Source: Octopus vulgaris (lineage: Eukaryota). From it: a stretch of 64,000 nt of DNA. The stretch covers positions 99,324,001 to 99,388,000 of the forward strand of contig OX597815.1 of assembly GCA_951406725.2 (NCBI GenBank), in the 5' to 3' direction. Every line of letters begins with the position of its first letter. The stretch's first letter is position 1. The notes beneath the pieces are model-generated. The model saw nothing but the letters and a program-made list of their open reading frames with translations. It ran no database searches and was not told the DNA's origin. The translations under genes and the position numbers were made by a program. Positions 30,241-44,779 of the stretch are shown in pieces.

Positions 30241-30370
30241 GTGATGGTATTGTTATCGTTTTTGTACCAATTGTTGTTGTTGATGATGAAGACGATGACG
30301 ATGATGATGACGTCGACGATGAAGGCGAAAACAATGATGACAACTGCGACGACGGCGATGCTGGTGATGT

Positions 30371-30416
<46 letters not shown>

Positions 30417-30724
30417 ACAAATAATCATAAAAATGACAATGATGATGATGACAAGGACAACGAATGAGACGACTGCAACGACGACACCGACGACGACGAT
30501 TATGATGATGATGACAATGATGACAATGATGATTATGATGATTATGATGATGATGATGATGATGATGACGACGTCGAAGATAATGACGACAATGATGATG
30601 ATGAGGAGGAGGGTGAAGAGGAGGAGGGTGGCGGTGATGACGATGCTGCTGCAGATGATGATGACGATGACGATTTTGATGATGAAGATGATGATGATGA
30701 TGATGATGATGATGAGGTTGTTGT

Positions 30725-30757
<33 letters not shown>

Positions 30758-30772
30758 CAATGATCATGATGG
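30197..30772. repeat. Long imperfect (GAT/GAC)n trinucleotide tract
   Basis: About 575 bp of GAT/GAC/GAG units, giving artefactual poly-D, poly-M and poly-I ORFs. Confidence 0.92.
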
Positions 30773-31242
30773 TTCTATAGGTTGAGGTTTTACTCGTTAA
30801 AATACTTGAGCTTTAATTTATATATTTTTTTTCTGTTGTCCATTAAAGTGAGCGTTTATGTGTATGCTTGTAAGATGCGTCTATTTGTGTGGCTGTGAGA
30901 GAGCGTGTGCATATGTGTGTGCATGGTGAGGGGGGGAAGTGATGGAGACGAAGGGAGACTGGAGGAGAGTGGCAAGTGTAAACATTAAACTTATGTGTTC
31001 CATGCTAAACACACACTAATGAAAATGTCTCCAAATGTTTGTCACTGTGTTTTCACACCCCACATGCATACAAACATTCATGTGGGTAACGCTTTGTATA
31101 TACATATACATGTGCATGCGGATGTGTGTACATATATACATATGTATGTTCATATATACATACATAAATATGTACATATATGCGTATGTATGTTCACATA
31201 TATATACATAAATATGTACATATATGCATATACATAAATATG

Positions 31243-31301
<59 letters not shown>

Positions 31302-31313
31302 GCAAATATACAT

Positions 31314-31387
<74 letters not shown>

Positions 31388-31430
31388 TAGATATATGTAT
31401 ATATGTATATATGTATATATACACAATACA

Positions 31431-32346
31431 CAATATACAGGTGGGCTGAGGACAACAACATGCAGTTTAATGCAGGTAAGTTCCAGGCCCTGCGCTACTG
31501 GCACACAAAGGTAAATGACGTGAAGACTGGATACACTGGCCCAGGAAGAATTGCAATCCCTGAGTCAAAATCAGTGCGTGACCTGGGCATTGACATGAGC
31601 AATGATGCATCTTTCCAAATGCATATTGCTAATCTGGTGATAAAATGCAGACGGCTAGCTGGATGGATTCTCCGAACTTTCAGAACAAGAGAGGAGACAC
31701 TGATGGTCCTATGGAAAACATTTGTCCTCAGCCGCTTGGACTACTGCTCCCAACTTTGGTCACCACACAATATAAAACAAACAGCAGAACTCGAAGCAAC
31801 TCAGAGAAGCTACACAAAGAAAATCGTCTCAATGCAAAATGTCAGCTACTGGGAAAGACTGAAGGTATTAAACCTCTTCTCCCTGGAGCGGAGGCGGGAG
31901 AGATATGCAGTAATATACATCTGGAAAATCCTGGAGGGTCTTGTCCCAAACTTTGGCATTCAAAGTTACTCCAACCGCAGAACGGGGCGCCGCTGCGTGG
32001 TGCCAAGGATTCCAACATCACCATCAAAATACAGGTCCAGATACTGCAACAGCTTGGGTTTCAGAGGACCACAGCTTTTCAACATCCTCCCTAAATGCCT
32101 GAGAGACTTACATGGTGTGGATGTGGGTTTCTTTAAAACTAAACTGGATCTCTTCTTGTTGGGAGTCCCAGATGAACCTACCTCACGACAGGAGACACGG
32201 ATGCGGGCAGCAGCATCGAACTCCCTTGTTGATCAAGTGCCACGTATCAGAGGTGGATTCACAAACTAGTGTGGCTCATTCAGCGGTGGTGCCCCAGCAT
32301 GGCCGCGGCCTTCGGGCTAAAACATTTTTAAGGATTTAAGGATTTA
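31431..32346 (+). mobile_element. 5'-truncated CR1-like LINE: C-terminal RT/thumb part of ORF2, 3' UTR and tandem tail
   Basis: Open frame to TAG at 32269 ([15 protein letters not shown]...VRDLGI...LSRLDYCSQLWSP...YWERLKVLNLFSLERRRERY), similar to CR1-group ORF2 ends. Short 3' UTR with hairpins and an 8-bp tandem tail (TTTAAGGA)x2.5 at 32327..32346. Sits inside (TA)n. Confidence 0.9.
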
Positions 32347-32428
32347 TATGTATACAGACGGATGTATGTATATATATATATATATATATATAAACGTATA
32401 TACATATGAATATGTATGCAAATATATA

Positions 32429-32476
<48 letters not shown>

Positions 32477-33410
32477 TAGATAGATAGATACATACATACA
32501 TACATATATTGATATACCTATAAATACATATAGTTTTGTGTATAATTATGCATATGTATATATAAATTAAAATATATATATAAGGAGATATAGATATATA
32601 TTTATATATATATATAGCTAAATATATACATCTTTATATATATATAAGTATATATATATATACATGATATATATATGTATATATATATATATGTATATAA
32701 ATACTATATATACGTACTATAATTATATATATATATATATATATATATAATGCACAAATATGTTATACTATATTATCATAAAATCATAAAGTATAACTAC
32801 ATGAAAATCTTTAAAACAATCCTTAATATTTGGACACACAATAAATACCTGCATGTATGTAATTATACACGTGTATATACATAGATACATACAATATCTA
32901 TATATACATACATGCACGCATATGTATATATACATATATATATATTTATATATAAATGTATGTAAATATATATAAATATAGGTGTTAATGAGTTTCACTT
33001 TTTATGTATATTTCCATGTAAGCATGAAAATTTCAATTGTATATATAAATATTTCTAAATACGTATGCATTTGTGCATGTGTGTGAGTGTGTGTCTGAGT
33101 GGGAACGTTCGTGTGTGTATATGCGGACACGCACATAAGTCTGTATGATTACGCACGATGTGTGTGTGTGTGTGTGTGTGTACACATACATATATATCAT
33201 TTCTATGTATGAATGAATTTATCTATATTTATTTATGCATCATTAATACACACACATATATTTGTTAACACATATGCTCATACATATTACAAAATAACTA
33301 TATCATACATATATATATATACACATATATACATACATAAATATCAAATATATCATACATAAATATTAAATATATCATATATATAAATATATATATATAC
33401 ATGTATATTT

Positions 33411-33451
<41 letters not shown>

Positions 33452-33524
33452 TTCATATATATCTTTATATATATATATATATGTGTGTTTGTGTATGTGT
33501 GCGTGTGTGTTTGTGTGTGTGTCC

Positions 33525-33556
<32 letters not shown>

Positions 33557-33594
33557 GTGTTTATGTGTGTGTGCGTGTGCATATATATATTTTT

Positions 33595-33907
<313 letters not shown>

Positions 33908-34091
33908 GTATGTGTATATATATATATATATATTTATATACAAATATATATGAAAATCAAGTCTCAGCCGTACGGCTCTGGCCATGTTACAACACCACTA
34001 TATTATGTATGTTATATATATATATATATAGAAATATATATTAATGTATATATTTATATATATATATATAGATTGATAGATAGATAGATAT

Positions 34092-34220
<129 letters not shown>

Positions 34221-34753
34221 CAGATATACATAAATAAATAGATAGATAGCTATTCAGGTATATGAAAGTGTATTTATATAAATATAGATATGAATATGTG
34301 TGTCTATATGAATATGTGTGTGTATGTGTATCTGTATATGTATATATGCGTATCGAAAAACATAGAACTATGTATCTGTCAGTAACTTTTCTATTGTTTA
34401 TGCCAAAATAACCTACAGAAGTTCACGTATGTACAGATACATACGGCGAGCATATACATACATACATACATACATACACATACATCTATATATATATATA
34501 TATATATACATGGACACCTATATGCTTATGCATATATATGTAAGGTAGATGTTGGTTTGTTTACATCCAAGGTGTTCGACCATATGACATGGATAGATAG
34601 GGAACGAGACTAAGAATATATAGGCACTGGTGTCGTATGAATCTAATTATGAAAGTCAATATAATTAGAAACCCACAATTGTATGTATTTAGTATGCCTA
34701 GCTCATAATAAATGTGACTAATGAAAATGAAAGAATAATTAGATAGAGCTTCA

Positions 34754-34839
<86 letters not shown>

Positions 34840-35035
34840 ATATATATATATATATATAGATAAGTTTCTTTATTGGCCACACAGGGCTGCACACAGATGG
34901 GACAAGTTACAAGGTAGAGCTTTTCTTTTGGGGGATGAAGAGAAAAAACAAAAGAAAAAAAAGGGGGGTGGCGTAGGTTTTCGATCAAGAGGGATCGTAA
35001 AAGGGAAGAAAAGAACAAAAAAAAAATTGAATAAA

Positions 35036-35134
<99 letters not shown>

Positions 35135-35333
35135 TATGTATGTATATATGTTTATGTATGTATATGTATGTATGTTTATATATAGATATGTTTGTGTGTA
35201 TTTACGCATTCGTTGTAATTAAATTATGATCAGTCAGTGAACCACTGGCTGCTATGCGATTGCTAACTATGCGTGTCAGTGCGCTGATGCGTGTGTGTAC
35301 GTGTCAACGTTTGTCTGTAGGTGTGTATGCATG

Positions 35334-35370
<37 letters not shown>

Positions 35371-35414
35371 ATGTATATGTATTCATTTGTACGGGTATGT
35401 ATATTTATATATGC

Positions 35415-35448
<34 letters not shown>

Positions 35449-35974
35449 AAGTGAAGATATACGGATAGATTGATAATTAAATCTATAAATTAATCGATGT
35501 ATTTGCGCGCGTAATTGTGTGTTTTGTGTGTGGGTGTGTAAATATTCATAAACACATACATAAAAATTCAAATACATGCACACATATTTATGTGTGTGAA
35601 TTTATATATGTGTGAATACGCGCATATCTTTATCTGTGGGTATGTGTGTGTGTGTGTGTGTGTATGTGTGTGTGTGTGTTAGTGTGCATGTGTGTCCTGA
35701 CGCATGTTTGTGCATGATAGTTAAAGAGTGGAGTCCGTATTACAAAAAAACAAAAAAATTAATTATCTTATGGGAAGAAAATCCTGTATGCTATTTGGTC
35801 TTGTAATTTTCTTTGTTCAGTTTTATGTTTATGGAGACCGACGAAAAGATTCGGGAGGGATAAAACAAAGTATCAGTAAAGTTGTAAGATATATATATAT
35901 ATATATATATATATAAGTATATTATATATTACATATATAGGTACATACATATACATACGTATATATATCTATAT

Positions 35975-36005
<31 letters not shown>

Positions 36006-36024
36006 CATACATACATATACATAC

Positions 36025-36121
<97 letters not shown>

Positions 36122-36363
36122 CATACATACATACATACATACATACATACATACATACATACATACATACATACAGACACATATACATACATAAATCAAT
36201 AGATATTGCTGAGTCAATTTGAGGGGATGAAAAGCAACGTTTCATGCAGCAATGAAATTCATAGCCGGTAGAAGGCTTACATATATATATATATATACAC
36301 ATATATATATATGTATTAGAAGAAATGAGCAGTCAGTTATCTGGATGGTTTTATATGTATATG

Positions 36364-36421
<58 letters not shown>

Positions 36422-36752
36422 GTGTATATCTATATATATATCTAACATTTATAGATGTGTGTGTGTGTGTGTGTGTGATGTTATCTAATACATCCAACTT
36501 ATATATGAATATATAGCTATGTACACATACGTTTATATGCGTATACATTCATGCACGCTTACACACCCGCACAGACACCCCCACCCATATATATATATAT
36601 ATATATATGTATGTATATATACGCACACACACACGTCCCTTTACATACATACAAACCCACACACACACATATATATACAGATATATATGCACATATATCC
36701 ATATTTTGATGCTTTCGTACAGTTATATATATATATATATATATTTATATTC

Positions 36753-36832
<80 letters not shown>

Positions 36833-36981
36833 CATATATATACATGTATGAATATATATATATGTATATAATACATATATATGTATATATATATATGTAT
36901 ATACAAATATATACGTATATACGTGCATACATTCGTATATATGTAAATATATATATATATATATACAAATGTGTGTGTGTT

Positions 36982-37012
<31 letters not shown>

Positions 37013-37222
37013 TTAGATATGTAGATATATGCATATATGTATATGTATATTTATATATATATACATATACATACTTATATATATCTATGTTGATTCTTCA
37101 GATTCATACACCTTGTATTGCAATAACAACGGTATTATACATTTAAGTAATCTATTAATTATCTAGCTCGTTTTTCACCTACATGTGGGTATGCGTGTAT
37201 ATATATACATATACATATATAA

Positions 37223-37270
<48 letters not shown>

Positions 37271-37443
37271 TGATCTACAGGGACAAACAGACATGCACAC
37301 TCCCATAGACATAAATCACACATCACACATAAACCTATGCGCATAGACTTATAGTTTTTTAATTTGTGTGTCTGAGTATATCTGTGCCTTTGTGATATGT
37401 GTGAGTATGCGTACGTGAATTTCTATACCTTTATTTAGACTGG

Positions 37444-37577
<134 letters not shown>

Positions 37578-37613
37578 TATGTATCTGTATATATATGTTT
37601 ATATATATATTCG

Positions 37614-37654
<41 letters not shown>

Positions 37655-38412
37655 GTATATATATATATATATATATAAACATTTATATACATATATATAT
37701 ATATACGCGCGGGCGTGTATGTGTGTATGTGTAACTAAGCCTATATATCGAAAATAGATGTTCTCTTTACATCATCTTTATATGAAATTTAGGCATCTAT
37801 GCTCACATTTATCAATGCACCAAAATGCACACATGCATATAGAAACATTAATATATATGTAATAATCTCTATAATAATAATTAATTTTGTGTCGTATGTA
37901 CGTATGTATGTATGTATATATAGGTATACCTCTATTCATGTTTGTCTCCGTGTATATATTTCTTTGAGTAGGCTTATGTGTGTGCGTATGAATGTGTCGT
38001 GATGCGACTTAATACTTATTCAGAATATTTGTGCAGTTCCAGTTACCTATGCATACATTCCTTGAAGCAAGAACAAAGTAGAACCTAAGCGTTTAAGACG
38101 TAGAAAACAAACCCTATTCCCCTCTCACAAAATATTTGCATGTATCGAATCTCTAAAATTCGACTATGTTTACGCGTATGAATGTATGTGCATATGTACA
38201 TTCGATTGTGTGTGTGTCTATCTGTGTGTCTGTGTGTGTTTCAATGTATATTATAGTTATGAGTATATAAACATACACGTATATGTACACACCCACAACA
38301 GCCACTTACACGTACACCTCCTCTTACACTCACATATATATCACCAGATACATGCACAGATATACTAGCACACATACACCCAGACACATATATGTGTGTG
38401 TACATATATGTA

Positions 38413-38491
<79 letters not shown>

Positions 38492-38514
38492 GTGTGTATA
38501 TATATATATATATA

Positions 38515-38554
<40 letters not shown>

Positions 38555-38617
38555 TGTATGTATATATGTATATATATATGTATATATGCATTTATGTATA
38601 TATGTATTTATGTATGT

Positions 38618-38661
<44 letters not shown>

Positions 38662-38937
38662 CATGTATGCGTGTGTATGTATATGTAATTTTTATCTGAA
38701 AGCAAAGTTGCTCCGTCCAACTACCTACTTGAACAAAACAGTGCCGAAAAGTAAATCCAAACACACTGAAATGCAATACACCATGGTCCTAGCACAAGGC
38801 TCAAACCAGTAATGTGTGTGTGTGCGTATAAATTTCCACTTGTACTTTTGAAGGTACAATAAAATCTTTAGCACGTCCAACTAGTCCAACCTACAATATT
38901 GCATTACACATAAATTCATATTTTTATATATGTGTAT

Positions 38938-39255
38938 GTGACACTTGGGTAAGTGTCTTCTACTATAGCCTCGGGCCGACCAAATCCTTGTGAGTGGATA
39001 TGTAGACGGAAACTGAAAGAAGCCCGTCTTATATATATGCATGTGTGTATATGTTTGTGTGTGTGTGTCCCCAACATCACTTGACAGCCGATGCGTGTGT
39101 GTTTACGTCCCCTAACTTAGCGGTTTGGCAAAAGACACCGATAGAATAAGTACTAGGCTTACAAAGAATAAGTCCAGGGGTCAATTTGCTCAACTAAAGA
39201 CGGTGTTCCAGCATGGCCGCAGCAAAATGACTTAAACAAGTAAAAGAGTAAAAGA
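38938..39255 (+). mobile_element. SINE family A, 5'-truncated copy
   Basis: cttgggtaagtgtcttctactatagcctcgggccgacc...ccagcatggccgcagc...aagtaaaagagtaaaaga. Confidence 0.85.
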
Positions 39256-39440
39256 TTATATATACCCATATATGCACACACACATATATATGTGTGTGTG
39301 TGTGTGTGTGTGTCTGTGTCTGTGGGTATATATAATTACATATCTAGACATAACTGGATACGTGCATATATTTATATAAATGCATATATATATATATCCA
39401 CGCAAACACGCAAACACACAAGCGTATATATATGAGTGTC

Positions 39441-39486
<46 letters not shown>

Positions 39487-39523
39487 GATACCTACATATT
39501 TATATATATATATATTTTATACG

Positions 39524-39581
<58 letters not shown>

Positions 39582-39824
39582 TATGTATATATGTATATGT
39601 GTATATCTATCTATATATATATATGTGTGTGTGTGTGTATGTGTGTGAGTACGTATGTATGTGTGTATGTACATATGTATATATTTAGAAACGTGAACAC
39701 ACATTTCTGTTCACCTGCATTTTTATTCGTTTTGTGTGAATCCTACACATTAACTCTCACATACTTATTCCCTTCACGCTTACACCTGTGCATAAATGTA
39801 CATACACATTTACACTCGCGCGCA

Positions 39825-39878
<54 letters not shown>

Positions 39879-40697
39879 TATATATATATATATATATACA
39901 TACACACACATTCTAACATTCATACATATCTGCCCTTGTGCGCTGCCTATATGCAGGCAGACTCATAGTAACCAACACATTTTTTGTACACCATACTTGG
40001 GGCCGACTCGTTGGACGCATATTCTTCGAGGCGTTGCTCCAGTTTGGCCGCAGTCTAATAACTGAAACATGCAGAAGATAAAAGTTAAAGATAGAGTATG
40101 AATCTACTAATGATATTATATTTTCTTTAGATGCGATAAGTTTTGACAATCAGGTTCGCTGGAAACAATGTTTAGTTTGCTTCCGTCGTCCTGAGATCAA
40201 TAAATTTAAGTACCAGAGAATTACTTAAATTGCTACAATTACCTGTTTGCTTTCTTTGGATTTCTGGCCTTGTGCCTTTGTTAAAAGCAGTTATGACCAT
40301 TGATGATCGATACTGAATCCCTCAACATCAGTTTTATGTTTCACTCGAAGAGTGAATATCAGGGACGAGAGGGTGAGCGCAGGGACAATGGCATGTGTGA
40401 ATGGTCTTATTGTGATTGAGTTTCCTTGCTGGTTCCAAGAAGAGGTTCCTATTCTGGGAATATTATTTGGAGTCTTGTTGTTACGTGTGCTGTTATACCC
40501 TTTTCTACATGTCATAGCGCATTATTTTGTATATTATACATTTTTCTTACTTTCATTGGTCCTCCTCATAATCATCATAATCATCATAATCATCATCATC
40601 ATCATTATCATCATCATCATTATTATTATCATCATTATTATTATTATTATTATTATTGTTATCGTTATTATTATTATTATTATTATTATCATTATTA

Positions 40698-41521
40698 GGC
40701 GGCGAGCTGTTAGCTCGCCAGCTCACTTTCTAATTTAGAACGGCTATCTCACGTTCTAAGTTCAAATGTCGCCGAAGTAGACCCCAGGTGAATTCCAGGA
40801 TCGAAGTAGTTGACTTACTCCTTACCCCGGAATTGCTGGCCTTGTAGCAACATTTGGTCTATAAAGCAATATACCCAGGTGTATTCCTGGTATAGAACGA
40901 ACAGCAAAAATGACGACGACAAAAACAACAAGGCCAAAAATTCTGAAGTCAATTACATCGATCCAAGTAGTTGACTAGTGTTTTATTTTATCCATCCTAA
41001 AAGGATGAAAAGCAATAATTTGGGGTTCGAGTACCTCGACTGTATATGAACTGAGAAGGCATTGAGCCAAAAGAACTACATTTTGCCCGACGTTCGCAGC
41101 CTTTATATATAATTTATAAACTTTTCTAAGACACAAGGTTTGAAATTTGGCGGAAAGGGTCGAGCCAATTACATCGATTCCATTGCTCAATTGGTACTTA
41201 TTTTATCGACACCGAAAATATAAATAGCAAAGTTGACCTCGGTGGAATCTGAATTCAGAAGGTAAAGAAATTTTGTCCGGCGTGTATCCGCCTTTAATAA
41301 TAAAGATTTCGAAATTTGGTACAAAGCGATTAATTTTAATGGGAAGGATAAGTCGATTACATCAACCAGCAATATTTGACTAGTGCAATATTTCACCGAC
41401 TCCGGAAAGAGGGAAGTCAATGTTGACCTTGGCGGCATTTGAACTCAGAACGTAAAGTGATAGGAGAAATACTCGCTAAGCATCTTGCCCGACTCGCTAA
41501 CGATCTTACCAGCTCACCGCC
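40698..41521. mobile_element. SINE family B cluster: one + copy (~40698..40860) facing three tandem - copies (~40930..41095, ~41120..41290, ~41310..41521)
   Basis: Repeated aattacatcga, actagtg/ggtacttattttatc and gttgacct(c/t)gg. Heads ggcggcgagct (40698) and agctcaccgcc (41511..41521). Confidence 0.75.
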
Positions 41522-41681
41522 TTTGTTATTTATTTGCATTGCTTATTGATAGCAGTATTAGAGGTTATATCATTTAACTGCAGTAATCATCATCATAAAG
41601 AGTATCACCAATATTTATTATATATAATTATCATTGAGGCTAAAGGATAATTATTATTATCACCACTTTCATCCCTAGATA

Positions 41682-41719
41682 ATGGGGTTATGCATCTTGC
41701 TTGCAAAAATATTTTGATA

Positions 41720-41774
<55 letters not shown>

Positions 41775-41873
41775 TGTTCATGTATGCATATATTGTACAC
41801 ATATGTATATATATACTTATATATATATATATACTATCAAAATATTTTTTTCAAGCAAGATGCATAACCCCAT
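41682..41873. repeat. Near-perfect ~40-bp inverted duplication around a (TA)-rich spacer
   Basis: atggggttatgcatcttgcttgcaaaaatattttgatagta and tactatcaaaatatttttttcaagcaagatgcataaccccat. Confidence 0.9.
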
Positions 41874-41884
41874 ACATGTGTGTA

Positions 41885-41928
<44 letters not shown>

Positions 41929-42025
41929 TACACACACATGCATAAATGTATTTTTGTATGTTTAAATATGCGAGCATTTGAATATTTAGATGTATGCATA
42001 TGTGTATATATATGTAAATAAATAA

Positions 42026-42083
<58 letters not shown>

Positions 42084-42356
42084 GTATATGTATTCAATCT
42101 GTGTGAATGCGTATTTTCCTGTCCCTGTTCAATGATCTTCAAACCTTGTTCAGTTTGAAGCGAACAAACTTTTGAACAAAAGTAACTCAAATGTTTTGAG
42201 GCTCAACATGACAGTGCGTCTTTCGTGTGGTGAAAAAACATAAGTTGAACTTTCAAAGATGTTTAACTTCCATTTCTAGCCTCACGAGCGACCACATAAA
42301 AAGTTGCTTTATTAGTTTGAATGTAAGCCTCTATATGTTTTGTTAGACTGCGTAGA

Positions 42357-42402
<46 letters not shown>

Positions 42403-42835
42403 CGCGCTTGTGTGTTTGAATCTGAGTGACTGAGAGTCCTTTATCGATCCGTTTAGCGGAAATAACTTTTAAAGTGGTGGATATGTATTAAGTGCAAAAT
42501 AAATAGTTGTGAGCGGGATGAAATATATAGCTTAGTACAAATATATGAAGCTGACATACAGACTGTAACACGGATGCTACCATAGGTGGACATGAATTTC
42601 ATCACTGGACACGAAGTGGGGTATAGCGTATGCATATGTGTGTGTGAGTGTGTGTGTGCGTGTATATATATATGTGTGTGTCTATATATGTATATATATA
42701 TATATATTATACATTCCATGCTGCATCTCTATTATACATATTATACATATATAGTATATATATACTATATATATATATATATAGTATGTATTATATATAT
42801 ATTATATATTATATTATATTATATATTATAGATAT

Positions 42836-43117
42836 CACCATGTTGCTACACATCGCTGGTCACAATGCGCTTTGCATTGTTTTAGCCTTCAAATGACGCC
42901 ACCTCGCTGGCTAAGCGAGCAGGCCAACAGAAGAAAGAATGAGAGAAAGTTGTGGCGAAAGAGTACAGCAGAGATCACCACCATCCCCTGCCGGAGCCTC
43001 GTGGAGCTTTAGGTGTTTTCGCTCAATAAACACTCACAATGCCCGGTCTGGGAATCGAAAGCGCAATCCTACAACCACGAGTCCGCTACCCTAATCACTG
43101 GGCCATTGTGCCTCCAC
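42836..43117 (-). mobile_element. SINE family C (tRNA-derived), tail type 1
   Basis: Minus strand: gtggaggcacaatggcccagtgattaggg (A box), ttcgattccc (B box), body aaacacctaaagctccacgaggctc. Confidence 0.8.
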
Positions 43118-43167
43118 ATATTATAGATATATATATATATATAATTATATATATATTATAGATATAT

Positions 43168-43202
<35 letters not shown>

Positions 43203-43291
43203 GATACATATCTATATGATGTATTATATAAACCATACATACAGACACACACACACACACACGTATTTATTTTATGTATATATATTTTATG

Positions 43292-43338
<47 letters not shown>

Positions 43339-43353
43339 ATGTATATATATTAT

Positions 43354-43402
43354 GCCCACGGACGTATAACGTAGTGGTTAAGATTCCAGCCAGTGACCTG
43401 AA

Positions 43403-43462
<60 letters not shown>

Positions 43463-43610
43463 CATAACATCGAAAAATACCTTAGGAATGAGAACCCAGG
43501 TTCGAAATTTCCCCAAGACACCTGAAGAAGGTTAGAGGGTATATCAGCCGAAACATTGTATTAACAACAAACGATGAGGACAAATATCCTTCAAAGGTAA
43601 ATAATGTAAA
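43354..43610 (+). mobile_element. Pol III-type head plus (AAT)n plus degenerate hammerhead element
   Basis: A-box-like TAACGTAGTGGTTAAG (43367..43382), B-box-like GGTTCGAAAT (43499..43508), then GACAC-CTGAAGA-A-GGTT(A)GA..TCAGCC-GAAACAT-T-GTATT (43517..43562). Confidence 0.5.
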
Positions 43611-43643
43611 TAGAGTAAATAAACTACATAATTACTCATCTCT

Positions 43644-43699
<56 letters not shown>

Positions 43700-43721
43700 T
43701 GTATGTATGTATGCATGCAAC

Positions 43722-43954
43722 TCAGGGGTCTAGAACACTTCAAAATTCTCACCCCTCCCACCCAAACCCTGAGAGACCTTCATAGGGTAGATGTAGGTTG
43801 TTTTAAAAACAAAACTAGTTCTCTTACCGACAAATGCCACATATAAGAAGATATTTTCAAGTGATAAAAGCGTAGCAAAATTAGCAACGGCGGTGCCCCG
43901 GTATGGCCGCAGCTGTTGTGCTGTTATGATAAAAACAATAAAAGTAAAAGAATA
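43722..43954 (+). mobile_element. Internally deleted 3' fragment of the CR1-like LINE
   Basis: cctgagagaccttcatagggtagatgtaggttgttttaaaaacaaaactagttctctt matches 32098..32154. It is then joined to caaatgccacatataag and the tail gcggtgccccggtatggccgcagc. Confidence 0.75.
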
Positions 43955-44001
43955 CTGATACATGTATATGTGTCTGTGTCTATATATATATATATATATA
44001 T

Positions 44002-44280
44002 AGGCGCAAGTCTGGCATTGTGGTAAGAAGTTTGCTATCCAACCACGTGTTTCCGGGTTCATTCCCAGTGCTTGGGACCGTAGGTGAGTTTAGTCTAATA
44101 TATGTCAGCGCCTATCCCATACCATCGTTAGACAGTCGGCGTTGGTCTGCTTACGCTCACGTAACTTAACGGTGCGGCACAAGAGATCGGTACACTCTGT
44201 ACTGGGGTCGATTCGCTCGACCAAAATTCTTCCAGTCGATGCCCCAGCATGGCTACAATCCAATGAATGAAAGCAGTAAT
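44002..44280 (+). mobile_element. SINE family A, deleted/degenerate copy
   Basis: Head ggcgcaagtctggcattgtggtaag...ccgggttcattccc; tail gccccagcatggctac. Confidence 0.65.
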
Positions 44281-44482
44281 AGATAGACAGATTGGTTGAT
44301 AGATATATGTGCTTCATTCGCATTATAAAATCATGTCATACATGAATAGAATAAATGGGGAAAACATATCAGGATGTAATATCAGTTCCAACATATATTT
44401 ATGGTTACTAGTAAAAACATATAGTCTAACTGTGAATTGTTCCCGATGATCCTATAAATATATATATTGAAATACAATAAGC

Positions 44483-44696
<214 letters not shown>

Positions 44697-44779
44697 TATA
44701 TACATACATACACACATATATATATATAGATAGATATAGATAGATAGATTTGTGTGTGTGTGTGCAGATGAGGAAGGCA

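Noticed and set aside
30168-30780. Poly-Asp or poly-Met ORFs suggestive of an acidic biomineralisation-type protein
   Set aside because: Degenerate (GAT)n tract with frame shifts, non-ATG starts and no exon evidence.
31403-32269. 288-aa ORF as a host gene
   Set aside because: It is a truncated LINE ORF2; the start codon comes from the flanking microsatellite.
40331-40366. Weak hammerhead-like strings here (minus: CTGATAT-TC-ACTC/GAGT-GAAAC) and at ~10590..10615, ~18815..18880 and ~52790..52818
   Set aside because: Too many core mismatches or a missing GAAA or stem to separate them from chance without a consensus.
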